Of a DNA stretch of 64,000 nt, positions 40,299-55,912 are shown in pieces. The notes under the pieces were generated by a model, which ran no database searches, was not told the origin of the DNA, and worked only from the letters and a program-made list of their open reading frames with translations. The translations under genes and the position numbers were made by a program. The stretch lies in assembly GCF_009914755.1 (NCBI RefSeq), contig NC_060927.1. One strand, given 5' to 3'. How positions within the stretch are numbered: the stretch's first letter is position 1; every line of letters starts with the position of its first letter. The DNA is from the human T2T-CHM13v2.0 reference genome, Homo sapiens.

Positions 40299-43200
40299 CA
40301 CCTCATATTTGCATTACCCCAACAAGAAAATTTCATCCAACATTAGCATCCCAGAGAAGCTATTCCAGAGAAGCAAGAGAGGGACAAAGAGGAGAATCTT
40401 ACTCCTCACCTCCTCCCTCTCAAAGTCCTAACCCCAGCTATGTCTGCCCATTGTGTTAAGGGTTCCATTTGGTCCTCACACTCTATCACAACTCCTATCT
40501 CTGTGGGTCCTCCTTAAAGCGAATGTTGTTAACATTTTTCAGTGTGGCTGTACAGATGGCACGGCATCAACAAACAGAACACATTTTGAAGAATATACCA
40601 GTAATTCTACGCATTTTTTGTCTACTTGCCTTTTTATCATTTTCCCACTCAAGAAAATGGATCAGAACATAAAGGAGTGAGAATGGCATTATTACAGGAA
40701 TTACCTTGAATCTGTTCAAATTTATGAAAAAAGTATTTGCAAGCTTTTATACCTTAATATTACATCACATTATTTGCAGACACCTTACAACTGATGTTGA
40801 CAACATTCACTAGAGTTTAGCGTGAATGAACAATTTATAGTGTCATACTTGTCTAGAAGGCTATTCTGTATGTTTATGTTACTAAGTTTGTAGGAAGTCC
40901 ATGCCCCAGTTTATCCTTACACTGGACAATTGTTTATGATTTTTTTTTTAACATATTGATTCTATGGAATACCAGGGAATACAGAAGAGGGAAAGTCTAC
41001 TTTTTCTGCCAGCCAGAACACAAAGTGAGAAAGACCCAGGACAACAAAGTGATGATAAAAAGAGCCATTTATAGAGAGAGTTGATAAGCATATGCTAGTG
41101 AATCAGTTTTCATTTCTTCTGCCAGAGTATTAATGGATTTCAAGTGCTTAGGAAGGAGTGAGTTTGAGATCTGCTCATAACTTCAAATTAGTTCATGTGG
41201 CTATTTTAGGTGTTTGGGGGAAAATCAAGAACAGTACTTTCATGGTTTTTAAATCCTAATTGGACTCTCCTAGTCTGAAAATATTGGGATGCTGAGAGAG
41301 TTGAAGGCAATAGCTAATGGAGCATCTAAGATTATCTCTGAACTTATACAATTTGCTCTCACGCTTCTCTCTGTCTGCACAAGAAATCAAAGACTAACCA
41401 TAATCATGGCAAACAATCCGTGGTTCTCTTGCCTGCCCTTTGGTATCATCTTGCATGTATTATGTATGGTATTCATCTAATATTAGCAGTTGACATTGTT
41501 AACTATGGTAAAATGATGATCGGAAGTAAAAATTAAAAATAGAATATAGACTTATCAAATTAGAAGCTTAATGAGAAAAGATCTCTTTCTCATTAAAATT
41601 TTTCCTGTCTCTTCTGAACCAATTTTTGTGCCTCCTACTGTTATGCCCATTTGATTCTTCAAACTAAGCTTTAAGGAAAAAGTTCCACCATTTATTAAGA
41701 AGGTCCAATTATTTCACTAATGAAATGACTAATTATGTCAAAACCTATGTAATATACCAGTATACTTTTTCCCTGAAATGAGATTAGATTAACATAGCTC
41801 TTCCCTGAAGGAAAGTAGTTGAACATAGTTGCAGCTACATTTAACTAGTAAGGTCAACCCTGCCTAAAAGTAGATATTTATAATTCTAGACCAGACAAGG
41901 GTTTATAGTAACACAGTATAAAATTATCTCTAATAATTTAAATAATAAGCAAGTTTTTAAAAATTCATTATAATATCCTTGATCAGTATTTACCTTGTGG
42001 AACTCTGCTTTGTTAAGACTTTTAAAAGCAGCTCACACTTGAGCAATATTTATTCAACAGAGCCTCCCTGGACAATAACAAATAGGTGAGCTTAACAATG
42101 ATCAGTGACCATCATAAAAGTAATAACCATTGTCCAGTCTGGACTGGTACAGAATTGACATGTAAAGCAAGTGAGATAGGAGCTAATCACTTTTAAAGAA
42201 TCTTTTCTGTTTTGTCTTGAAATGTAGGTCAATATACTGTATTATGAGTAGTGAAGAGCTTAGATGTGGAGTCAGAGAGCCTGAGTTTAAATTGTTTCTT
42301 CATCCATCAGTTGGGGCTACTAACCATATCAACCTTGTAGAGATGAAAGAGATTACATATGTAAAACATTTACTGCATCTAACACTGAATAAATTAACAA
42401 TATAAGTGATTCATTGCAATGTTGTATCTATTTAAGGGATGTGTCTCTTCCTGGATGTTAAAAGATATGCTCCTTTTATTTTCCTGTCTGTCTTGTCCTT
42501 ACTTGCAAGTTACATCCTTTTTTTGTTCTTTAATTATGTGCTTTGAGCATTTTAAAGATATGATCTATACTTGAGGGTCAGAGTTGAAATTAACAAACAC
42601 CTTAAACACTGATGTCAGTTAGTTATGACATGGAAAAGAATCGCAGGAGACAGCTAGGACAGGTTTCTAAGAGCCCAAATTTGCGGAAGCCTGGATGAGT
42701 AAGAACAGTTACTGAGGCACTGTGGAACTGTTCTGACTGTCCCAGAAGTAATTATAGGGCAGGATCTTCCCGAAGGAAAAACTTGGGAAAAGTATGTACA
42801 GGGATATACATGTGTACATGAACCTGTGTAGAGTTTATCACTGTCATCACAAGTGCTTTACTTAGCAAATGAGCTCAGCAATATTCCTCTTAAAATTGCA
42901 TGCTCTGGGGTGCTTAACAAATGGTTGGCCGTTTAATGGCCCGAGGCACAGCCAGGGAAGGTTAACACACTGACAAAATGGGCATTAACTATGATAACAA
43001 CTGTTTTCATGGGGGATTATTGCTATTATAAACCTTATCCAACATAATAATGCTGGCAATAATTTTTATTTTTCTTTCATTTTAAAATTAAGTCATGCTC
43101 GCAGATATACAAGACACACAAGATCTTAAAATTCAGTGTTAGATATTTAATGGCCTTTTCATAATTTTCTGTTGCTGCAAAGAAAGATTCATAATCCAGT

Positions 43201-43319
43201 GCTTAGGTAGATTGTATTATTCGAAGTAGATAAAGTAGATTTAGTAAGAAACATGGCAATTTATTAGATCCAATTGTGACAAAGATTCTTACCTATCTCT
43301 TCCAAACCCTACCAAACTT

Positions 43320-43645
<326 letters not shown>

Positions 43646-44386
43646 TGATGTCCATGGTTAGAGCAGTTACTCTGGCTTGGAAAACAAAAGATGGGGTATA
43701 TTTATATGAAAAATCCCTATCCAATTGTATATTGCATAGTTGGGAAAGAAACACCCTAAGGACTCATCTAACCTGATCTCATTAGCACAGAATATGGATA
43801 ATTTATTATAGTAGCATATGAAATATAAACTATATGCTTATGAGATATTTCTCTGGTAATATTCATTTGTGGAACACAGGTCAAGAACAGTCACATAGGA
43901 GAGTGCACCACCTGGATGAAAGCGGGGATCAGGATTGTGGGATTCCTAGTGGAGATGTAGTACTAGAAACCACAGATCCTGGATGAGGGGCTACTGGTGG
44001 AGCCTGTTTCTGAGCTGTGAATCATCTATCCACAAGAGAAAGGGGAGGGGGAAAGTCAAGTATCTTACATCCTAATTCTGCCTAGATCAACATTGTTAAG
44101 GAAACCTAGGGAGAACTTGCTGAGTAAACATCTGCAGCTGAGTCCCAGCACAGCCTGTTCACAAATAAGTCCATTGGCTGGAAGAGGCAGCTGAATCCAT
44201 TCATAGATTGAATTTTTCCTTCTGCCATTTGAGCCAGACTAGATTTGACTTCCTCATCACTTTTCCTTCCATATATATACTACTCATTCTTTTAGATTCA
44301 TTTTCTAATCTTTTTGCCCCATTTTCACTCTTGATTCTCCTCCTGAGTTTTGAATTATCTTCATTGGCTATTATCTTTGCCTATTA

Positions 44387-44833
<447 letters not shown>

Positions 44834-45329
44834 TCACTTTTCTATAGCAGCCAGCAGCAAATCTGCTGACTGGAAGCAATGCTGCATCACTAGCCACCAA
44901 ATTTGGAAAACAACCAAGAGGCTTTTTCTTAACTCTTTATTTCTGCTTGTACCTTTAGCCCAACTTTAATTCTCTAGTTTCAATTCACCAGTAGAAAGTA
45001 CTTTTATGTACTCCAACCTATTCAGTATTAAATTTAAGCCTCCTACACATACATTACCTTGTTTTTGAGTCAAAGACAGAATGACAATTTACTTACATTT
45101 ATTGAGTACTTATTGCAATTATACATCCTAAGACATGTGTCACTGGAAAACAGTGACATTTTGGAATATCTCAGATAGGTGATTAGACAGTCTTTACTTC
45201 ACCACTTCAGTTGAAAATAACTCCACTACCCTGTATATGATAGCAATGCATCATTCTATTCTTAGTTTGATTTATGCAAATAGTCTCTCCTTTTAGATGA
45301 AATGTGTTTCCTAATAACTGTCACCAGGG

Positions 45330-45570
45330 ACACTAGTTCCACTGTGTAAAGGAAGGCTGATCTCTTTCCTTTTTAATATAACTTCAAAAATTTTAGAAGA
45401 CCTGTCCTTCCTCAGTCTTCTCTAAATATTTGCATTCTCTTCAATATTTGTCATAAGTGAGATCCTGCACATTTCTGACATTGTTTTGAACCAGCCCCAT
45501 TATCACTACCTCAACTTTATTATGGTGTTCAGAATTGAACTTAAAGTTCCAGATGTGGTCTAAGTTATAA
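45330..45570 (-). mobile_element. CR1/L3 3' ORF2 fossil
   Basis: Reverse complement ttagaccacatctggaactttaagttcaattctgaacaccata resembles the L3 RPHLEYCVQFW.PH region. Confidence 0.65.
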
Positions 45571-47314
45571 AGTATATAGTACTTATTTGTAAGACAAATT
45601 ACAATAAAAACTAGAATACTTGTGGAACTCATTATCTCCCATCTTGGCCTAAACCGGAAATTAACAACATCAAGAGAAAATGAAATCTTTTTGTTTTAAA
45701 ATTCTAGGCATCTATGCAAGTCATAATATTTTAAGTTCAATCAGAATTATACATATCACCCCCTTTCTACATACAACCCAAAGAATGGATGCATTGTAAA
45801 TGTATCATTTCATCCAAAGTCAAACAACTCAACCCAGCCCTAGGTGGAACTGTCAAGATTATTATTTTACAGAGGTCAAAACCTAGGTCTGACTCTTTAT
45901 AGCCACTCATGCCACAAAGACTTTGAATCTGATATGCCAGATAAGGCCAAGACAGCTCAGTGTATTTTGTTCCCCAAAGTTTGGAGTCCTCAGGCAGGTA
46001 TAGGGTGATGCTGTGTTACCAGTTGATCCTATTACAAGATCAAAAGGGATAGTGCACAGTCCACTCTGCCAAATACCACAGGAAAAGCTAACTGAGCTTT
46101 GGAGCAGCCTATGCAGTATTGTGTTTTGCTATTCCACTTGGCATGTTCATGAACCTTTAACTCTTGATCTCTGACCAGCTATAAGAAAATGGATATTTGA
46201 TTGGGTCTGAGAGGCTTACAGACCACGACGGCAGCAAGGGCTTTTCATTGTTTGGAAAACATTGTTCCTTTGATCTCTTGTAGCATCTTTCAAATGGTTA
46301 TATATTTGGGCTTACAATTCATTGTGTATGAGTTCATAGTTAAGACAAGAAGACTTCTCTTTGGAGAAAAGAGTGTGACTTTATCAAACCTAAAAAGGTG
46401 CTATAAATCTCCCCTGGCTCCATGTGGGAGGATTATCTCATGTTAACTCTGTCCAACTCCGAGAGAGAGGCATGCCAGGGGCACAACCCAGGGCTTGGAT
46501 ATGCTAGAATCTGGGAATTAGAGATGATAAATCAGTCCAGACTCATACTCTAAATCAATGTCAGGTCCATCTGAACACTATCTCTGAAAAAAAAATTCAA
46601 CAATTTCTCTTTTTTTAATTTGGGTTTTTTGAATTTTGCTTTGAGATGGGTTGCCAAACAGAGCTAAATCATTACAGGCAAATTGCTATGTATATCCATG
46701 TCCTTTTAAGTGAGCTAGCTGTGGCTGGCATTTGCACAATATCCATAGTGGGAAATCATTGCATACTGGTAAACTTGTCAAACCTTTGTCCACTTACAGT
46801 CATGTTCTATTGTGCTGGGCTCCAGGCTGTTCTACTTACTATTTCACTATTTCCCGAGGGGATCCCTGCATCAGTTTCCTGTACTTCTGACCCAACTTCC
46901 TTCTACTTGTTCCTTTTTAATTTTAAAAATTTAATTGATTTTGCATGCCGCTATAATCTGATGTTCCTAATTTTTAAACACAGCTTTCTATCTGCCTCAC
47001 TTCTCTGTTCAGTTATTAGGTGACAAATAGGATTTATCTTTCATGTCAATAGCAATTTATTAGTAGTAGCTTCCTGGAACACTGTTTTGAGAAAGATTAT
47101 AAGGCTATGTCTGGGCTCACTGTGATTGATTGAAAATGCCTTCAGTGGGTACACGATGGTGAGGTGGTAGGGCATGTGCCATTCTTTGATAATTTCTCAT
47201 GCAATATTCTAAGACAAATGGACAACAAATGGATATCCTGACATGTTGTTTGTGTCCAAAAATCATTTTTTACCTATAGATTGCCTGTTTAGTAAATCCA
47301 TCATCAATAATGGA

Positions 47315-47530
47315 TAATGCAGCTGTCGTTTACTGAGCAAGAACAATGTGCCAGCCACTGTGCTTGGTGGCTTACATGCATTAGTTCAAATCTTTCAGTA
47401 AAACTGCACAAAGTAGGCACTGCTATAAACATTTTACAGATAAGAAAATAGGGCACAATGGATTTGAGCAGGCTTTTTAAAGCTATGTAAATAAATGAGT
47501 AGCAGAAGCACAATTTACATTCTGCCTTAT
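47315..47530 (-). mobile_element. MIR
   Basis: tttactgagc...atgtgccagccactgtgct...cattttacagataagaaaatagggcaca. Confidence 0.8.
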
Positions 47531-47803
47531 TTTCACCACCGTATACAACAGCAACAACAGAAATCCTAAGCATCATGGACTTCACTGCATCCTTAAAGGA
47601 GAGTCTCTATTTTGTAAGTGACAAGGGGAGCCAAGTGAAGGGACTTGAGTTCATGTGCAAAATATAATCTCAGATTCAAAACAGTCGAGGGCTAGATATA
47701 AAACTTTATATTAACCTTAAGTTAAACCATTATCAAGAGTTAGAATTACGACTATGACCTAGGATAAAATGAGTAAAACTAGGGATTGTTTCCTTCTAGT
47801 TTT

Positions 47804-47931
47804 GTTTGTTTGTTTGTTTGTTTTTTCTGAGACAGAGTCTCGCTCTGTTGCCCAGGCTGGAGTGCAGTGGCCGATCTCGGCTCACCACCTCTGCATTCAA
47901 GCGATTCGCCTGCTTCAGCCCGCGCCTGTCA
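47804..47931 (-). mobile_element. Short, internally deleted Alu with perfect TSD
   Basis: TSD ccttctagtttt (47792-47803, 47932-47943); (TTTG)n tail. Confidence 0.9.
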
Positions 47932-48159
47932 CCTTCTAGTTTTATACTATGATTTCAGAAGATAAGAATATTGGTTCCTATGACCTTCCTTGCTAGATGG
48001 TAAATTTCATAAGGCCAAGGGGCCATAGTCTCATTTTTATCCTCTCCTTGCCACATGTAACACCAAGCACTATACCTTAAAAATCCCTACATGAATGTTT
48101 GTTATCTAAGTGTGTATTAAAAAATGAACAAACAAGCAAACAAACAAAAAGAAAACAGA

Positions 48160-48483
48160 GGCCGGGCGCAGTGGCTCACGCCTGCAATCCCAGCACTTTG
48201 GGAGGTCTAGGTAGGTGGATCATGAGGTCAGGAGATCAAGACCATCCTGGCTAACACGGTGAAACCCTGTCTCTACTAAAATTACAAGAAATTAGCCGGG
48301 CGTGGTTGCGGGCACCTGCAGTCCCAGCTACTCGGGAGGCTGAGGCAGGAGAATGGCGTGAACTCGGGAGGCGGAGCTTGCAGTGAGCCAAGATCACGCC
48401 ACTGAACTCCAGCCTGGGCGACAGAGCGAGACTCTGTCTCAAAAAAACAAAAGAAAAGAAAAAGAAAAAAAGAAAAAAGAAAG
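48160..48483 (+). mobile_element. AluY, full length
   Basis: Y diagnostics (gaatggcgtgaac, ggagcttgcag); TSD aaaagaaaacaga. Confidence 0.97.
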
Positions 48484-48669
48484 AAAAGAAAACAGAAAAA
48501 ATGTACTGATGGATGTTTTTATTTTAATTTGTTGTGAAAACATGGGGAATAGACAGATAATTTGTACCAACATTACAAAGTAAAGAACTAGTTTCCAATT
48601 CTTGATTCTTTATTATTAAAGGGTCCATTTATATTGATTATTCCAATCCCATGGTAAAGAAAGAGCCTT

Positions 48670-48984
48670 GGCTGGGCGCGGTGACTCACGCCTGTAATTC
48701 CAGCACTTTAGGAGGCTGAGGCAGGCGGATCACCTGAGGTTGGGAGGTTGACACGAGCCTGGCCAACATGGTGAAACCCCGTCTCTACTAAAAATATAAA
48801 AATTAGCCGGGTGTGGTGGCACGTGCCTGTAATCCCAGATACTCGGGAGGCTGAGGCAGGAGAATAGCTTGAACCTAGGAGGTGGAGGTTGCGGTGAGCA
48901 GAGATCACGTCATTGTACTCCAGCCTGGGCGACAGAGCGAGACTCCATCTCAAAAAAAAAAAAAAAAAAAAAAAAGAGAGAGAA
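48670..48984 (+). mobile_element. AluSp/Sq-like, full length
   Basis: Complete dimer; TSD aaagaaagagcctt. Confidence 0.97.
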
Positions 48985-50264
48985 AAAGAAAGAGCCTTAA
49001 GAGGTGGATGACAGTCTTTAAACGCACTGCCTCATAACATTAAGATGTGGCACAGAAAGACTCAATGACAAAGACCAGAACCTTATTCTGTTTAGTATTC
49101 ACTAGATTGACACTGAGAAAATAACTGCATGCTAAGAGTTAAGTAACACAAGTAGAAATAGCAATGCTATCCCACAAGTTGTGGGGACACTATAATGCTG
49201 CATCATCTCATTTTAGTAGCTGGAGTAATTATTTATGTTAAATAACCACAAAGCGATTATTGCCAACATAATGATTAAGGTTTATGGTGCAATGTAGAAG
49301 GCCAAACTTGTTATATAAATGGTAAACCTCAATAATTCAGTTTTTAAATAACACTTTGAGATTTAATCAACACAGAGTAATTGCATTAAATCTGAATTAA
49401 GTTCACATCGGAGACATGATAATATCAAGCAAAGCATCTCATTCTTTTTTCTAATATATAAAACAGATCTCGTGATCTCACGAATCAATGCAGTTCAGTT
49501 CAAGTTCACTGCAAAAGCAGTTTTCTACTAAAGGCCATGGATTGTATAGCCCCATCAATCTTGACATATGGAGCTTACCAGTAAGGCAGAGATATGTCTT
49601 GGGACATTACTCAAAGCATGAGTTTTCTCTATACATTTTATTCAAATACATTAAAATTGTTTTTAGCACTATCAGGTGTTATTTTTCTAATCTAGGCCAA
49701 TGCAGCTCAAATTTTAGCACAAAAAATTACTGATCACATAAAAGAAATATACTGTTTCCCCAGGAATTTGGATATACAGCTCACCAAAACTTTACCTGTT
49801 CTCTAACATCTAGTATTTATCTTTAAAATTATTTTAAATCTTGGACTTTCCAGGATACATATGACCTTGCTCTTATACCAAGAATAACATTATTAAATTA
49901 TGTATTATCAGAGAAAACAATTTTGCAACGTTTACTCTTGAATTATCCAAATCTCCATTTTGAGAAGTCCAGCTTCAGATACTTTATTTAATTAAAAAAA
50001 AGAAAATAAATATTTACACACTGAGCCAGAATAAACTCACTTTCCTAGTTTTCCTGAATTGCCAAGAGTATTATTTGAAAGGTCAGTTGATCTTCTTGAA
50101 GTTTCCAAAAAAGGTTAAAATGTACCTCAGCAGTGTAGATTTCTTCATGGATAGATCATACAAATATTTAATAAAAGCTTACTTAAACTTATTTTTATTG
50201 TCAGTTTTTATCACTTTGAAGTGTCAGTGAGTCTAGACATTTACTCTTCCTATATTAAGTGGTA

Positions 50265-50505
50265 TCCCTAACATAGGAGAAAAATTCGTAAGCTGTTTCA
50301 CACACAAAAAAAGAACTTTGTGATCAAATAAGGCTGAGAAACTAAGCATACCACACGTTTCTTGTAGATTTAAAATACATATGAGAATATTGAAATCTCT
50401 AAGAAGTTCTGTAGTACCCAAATGGTTCTCAATTCTTAAATTCACAAATTAGTTATTAGCCACTAGTGGAAGTAGTACTCCATGGTATACACTTTGTGAA
50501 AAATA
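50265..50505. mobile_element. hAT-Charlie (Charlie4-like) fragment
   Basis: gaactttgtgatcaaataaggctgagaaac...tctctaagaagttctgtagta. Confidence 0.5.
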
Positions 50506-50519
50506 TGCACTTATTGATT

Positions 50520-51490
<971 letters not shown>

Positions 51491-52599
51491 CTCTCTAAGA
51501 TTAAACAGTAAAATAGAAAATAACATTTGGTTACCTATAGCACTTTGCCGAGATCCTTAAAGCACATTATGTCACTCTGATTTTGACAGTGAGTACTGAA
51601 AGAACTTCAGGGAAGGAGAATGGGAGACTACATAGAGAAGTGGGAAAATTACACTGGAAAGAAGCAGAAACTCACAGAGAAAATCCAAATAAAACAAACT
51701 GGAACATGAAAGGAAAGCCTGAGGGAAATGGAGTGGAAGATGGCAGAGGGCAATGATACTTTTCAAAACAAATAGCCTAAAGTGTATTAAAAAGTCATAG
51801 TGGAAGTCAATGGAATGGAGACAAGCCTGAAGGAGTTGATTGTTAACTTTCAAATTTAACAAAGAATAGAAGAGTGGAATGCAATCTAGCAATCTAGGGT
51901 GTGCTGAAAGAAGGAAGGCAATTACAACATGGGAAGTCTAATTTCACAGCCTCAGCAGCAGTTTCAAGAATGTTATATATATTTTGTCTAATAAAAATAA
52001 TTCAACATGAACTGAATAAATAGTTATAAAGTAAAATAAATTTCCTGAAAATTATTAATCCAATTCAGATTTTTTATGAAGCTATTTTAGGTATAGTGGG
52101 AAGGAAGGGACACTCTAGTTCAATGAGAGACTAGGAGACTCATGTTTTTAAAACAGATGCTTCTAGAAGGGGCGATGATAATGTTGCTTGTGTACGTTAT
52201 GCTTTTTGAGCAGCCAATACATAATATAAATTCAGTAAACATTCAATATTGGAGGAAATGATGATAAAGACCTTGGTTCTCCCTGTAATGTGTTCCATAA
52301 TCAAGTCAATCTGCCTCATGGTTTTGTTACCAGGATTTATAACACACTTAGAATTCTTCGCAAGATGAAAGATGTCATAACATAGAGCATAATGGGAAAA
52401 AAGTGTGAGTTGCATAAGGACTGAAATCTGGAAACTGCCTAAGGTGAAGGGGACAGGAGCAGATTCCTAGAGAGCAGAAGAAGAGGGAAAGCCCAACTTT
52501 AGACAGCAGGATAAAGTGCAACCAGTGGAGCACAGTTTTTGGAGAGAATATTAAAGAGGCAAGAGATAGCATGTTGCTCAAATAATGATGGTGAGGATA

Positions 52600-52820
52600 A
52601 TAACAATAGCAATAGTGACATTTCTTGTATATCCAGCCTGTTTGAGACACTATACAGGGTAGTTTATGTAGATGCTCTTATTTAATCCTCACATCATCTT
52701 GTGGTTAAAGATCATTTAGGTAGGTGTTTTATTCCCCTTTTGCAGACATAAAATTTGAAGCTCAGGGAATCTTCACAATCACACAGCTAGTAAGTTGATT
52801 CAAATCCAGTTTTGCCAAGT
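52600..52820 (-). mobile_element. MIR
   Basis: tttaatcctcacatc...ccccttttgcagaca...gaagctcag...tcacacagctagtaag. Confidence 0.7.
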
Positions 52821-52984
52821 TAACATTTCTTCCCCCTCTCCACTTAACAACCCACATCATGCAATCTCAATGTGAAGCTCTTTTATAGTTCTACAGGGAT
52901 ACAGTTAGGGGAACCAAAGTACAGAAATAATTATTCTTAATAAAAACAGAAGACAATTGCTAGATTCTCATGAAAAGGCACATC

Positions 52985-53235
52985 ATCACAGTGTAGTTAC
53001 AATAGGCCACAATGTCCAGCTTTGGAATCGGAAAACCTTGCTCAACGTGTGATCCTGAAGGAGTCTTAAAATTTCAAAACCTGTTTCCACAGCTGCAGAA
53101 TGGGGATCATAATAATTATGGGGATAATTCCACACCCATGGAACTGAGACTCTTAAGAAAGCAAATATACATGGAATGCTTAACACAGTGGCTGCCACCT
53201 AGTAAATACTTACTAACAATTAATTCTTGCCTCTA
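52985..53235 (+). mobile_element. MIR
   Basis: tgtttccacagctgcagaatggggatcataata...tgcttaacacagtggctgccacctagtaaatact. Confidence 0.75.
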
Positions 53236-53454
53236 TTGATGTTGCTAGTATTACTAATGTTACCGCATCTAAAATACCTGTGTCACCCCAAACTTTTTTT
53301 TTTAACTAATATGCTTACAGCTCATCTAAGGAAAGAACAAATTCAAAACTAGATGGGCTAATGACTTGCAGAGGTGAGATACAAAACTAGAAATTATAAA
53401 TTCCAGAAGAGAATCTCTAGGAGTTAGAGGGCTCAGGGCTCAGTCATAAGAAAA

Positions 53455-54720
53455 CTTCTCTTTTCTGTCTACCTTGGTGAGCTCATCCAGTTTCATGGCT
53501 TTAATGTGTTGATGACTCCTAAATGTGAATCTTCAGTCTTGACCCTTTCCCTGGAATCCAATCTCCTATATGCAACTTCTTATTTGATATCTCTACTTTG
53601 ATTCTGAATAAGCACCTCAAACTTAACATTTCTAAAATTGAGCTCCTGGTCTTCTTCAAATTTTCTAGTCTCTCATTCTTCCCCATCCAAGTTGGCAGCA
53701 AACATATCCTTGTTGCTAAGGTCAAACACCTTGCTACCTTCATGGACTTATCTCTCTCCTACTCCACATTCATTCTGCTATGAGACCCTGTTTGATCTAT
53801 CTTGAAAGATCTCCATGATCTGATCACTTCTTGCTACCATCTTGCCTGCCACCCTGGTCTGGGTCATCTGCTCCAGAATATTGCAATAGTCTCTTAACCA
53901 AGCTAACTCCTCTCTTGCCTTTTACTCTATATTACGTTTATATCAATTGGAGTGATTATTCAAATATATAGGTCAGATATTGCCATTTTTCTGCTCAAAG
54001 GCTCCAGTGGTTTGCCATTGTATTAGTCTGTTTTCACACCGCTATAAAGAAGCATTTGAGACTGGGTAATTTATAAAGGAAAGAGGTTTAATTGACTCAC
54101 AGTTCCTAATGGCTGGGGAGGCCTCAGGAAACTTACAATTATGGTGGAAGGCAAAGGGGAAGCAAGGACCTTCTTCACATGGTGGCAGGAGAGAGAATAG
54201 AAAGCAAAGGGGGAAGAGCTAATTATAAAACCTTGAAATCTTGTGAGAACTCACTCACAATCCTGAGAACAGCATGGAGAAAACTGCCCCCGTGATCTAA
54301 TCTCCTCCCACCAGGTCCCTCCCTTGACATGTGGGGAATACCATTCGAGATGAGATTTGGGTGGGAACACAGAGCCAAACCATATCAACCATCTCACTGA
54401 CAGGAAAAGCTGAAGTCTTTATGAATGGCACCAGGGGCCCTTCTCTATGGCCTCATCTTCCCATTGTTCAAGCTGCAATGGCCATACCAGCCTGCTCATA
54501 GATCTTCACAGGCACCAGGCATACTCCTACCTTAGTTTTTCTGAACTTGCTATTTTGCCTCTGAAACATCTGGATGGCTGATTTTCTCACTTATTTCAAG
54601 TCTTTTACTCAGCTGTTACCATTTCAGGAAGGCATGTAAAATATCATCTGGGGTATCTGAAAATTACTCCATACCTGATTTATTTCTTTGCTTCCATCAC
54701 TGCCTTTTCCACCTATAACA
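53455..54720 (+). mobile_element. L2 (L2a-like) ORF2/3' region interrupted by THE1D
   Basis: catggctttaa...gttgatgactcctaaat (YADD-motif remnant)...cacctcaaacttaacatttctaaaattgagctcc. Confidence 0.85.
54019..54387 (-). mobile_element. THE1C/D solo MaLR LTR
   Basis: tgtattagtc...ggcctcaggaaacttacaat...gccaaaccatatca; TSD gccat/accat. Confidence 0.93.
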
Positions 54721-55769
54721 ATGTGTGGCTCAACACTGAATGAGTGAGATAATACATTTTGGCTCTAAGACTTCTTTATCGTTCTGTTCCCTTCTCCCTA
54801 TATTTAATATTTATGTTATTGCCTGTGTACTTGTCCCCCCGCAAAAGGCTGATATGTGTGCATGTGCATATGCATATGTGTATATTAAATTATAAGGTCT
54901 TCGTGCCTGGGATTTAACTGTCTATCCCATAATGTATAGGTGAATAATAGTTCTGAATGCAGGTAAGTATTTAACTAAATGTTTATAATTGATTTTGATA
55001 AATTAACTGCAAGCAAACTTCTTGATTGTGTGGTATATGCTCCTATTCTCTCTATAGAAAAAATGAATAGGGAAAAAACCATAAACATATTCTCCCATTA
55101 GTCACTATAAATAAACTTTCACATTTGCCTTCATCTTTCTTCTATCTCCTCTCTTGTTCCACTTGCTTTTTTGTTATGAAACTAGTATTTATGGCCAAAG
55201 CAGGGCTGAGTAAGATGCAGTGATTATAGCTGATTTTATCACAGCTGTATTACTTAGCTGCTAGGTGAAGCACTGTGGTAAAATGGATCATGAATCCCTG
55301 AAATTGACTATCCATCACCTTTATAATCCTGATGGAGAGGCAGGTCGTATCAGGCCTGGCAACTTTCCATGCAAACAAGAACATCAAAGCAATGTTCCTG
55401 ACTCAATTTGTCTAGAAATGTAACTACTAAACAATAAGATAAAGGTGAAGAGAAAGCCACAAGTGAGGAGATTGGGAGCATTGTGTAATTTTACCCCAAT
55501 ACATAGATTGGATGAAAATCCTCTGGGTTGTAAAAGTATAGATATTAAGGTATTTAAGATATACATTTAGAATTGCCTCAGCCATTATTGATTAATTCCT
55601 GCATTTACAATTCTTGCCCTAAACTCAGAACTTTTATAAAATTTTTGAGTTGATATGTCTTTGATATTTCCAGCTCAATCAACATCCCCTGACACATAAG
55701 TAGGAGCCCAATAAATATTTGTTAAATAAATGCATGACTGAATAAATCGATGGACTGACATTTAACACT

Positions 55770-55912
55770 CATCTCATCTTTGCTTTATCCCTATAGTGAT
55801 GAGGAACTCACCAGTTCATAAGAAAACCCATCCCACTATTGAAGAGTGTTTTATTTTTTAGTCTATTTTTTCCTTATAATGAGCCAATATTTTCTTCATG
55901 GCAACTTCCATT
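55770..55912 (-). mobile_element. CR1/L3 3' terminal fragment
   Basis: agtgatgaggaactcacc...cccatcccactattg...ttccttataatgagccaat...ggcaacttcca. Confidence 0.6.

Noticed and set aside
42790-42832. Hairpin resembling a pre-miRNA
   Set aside because: Stem too short, imperfect and low-complexity
43860-44165. GC-richer blocks that may be ancient LTRs (also ~6270-6710 and ~39440-39900)
   Set aside because: No family, termini or TSD could be assigned by eye
54897-54968. Perfect donor CAG|GTAAGT suggesting a micro-exon
   Set aside because: Lies in an L2 3'-end remnant and upstream acceptors are weak
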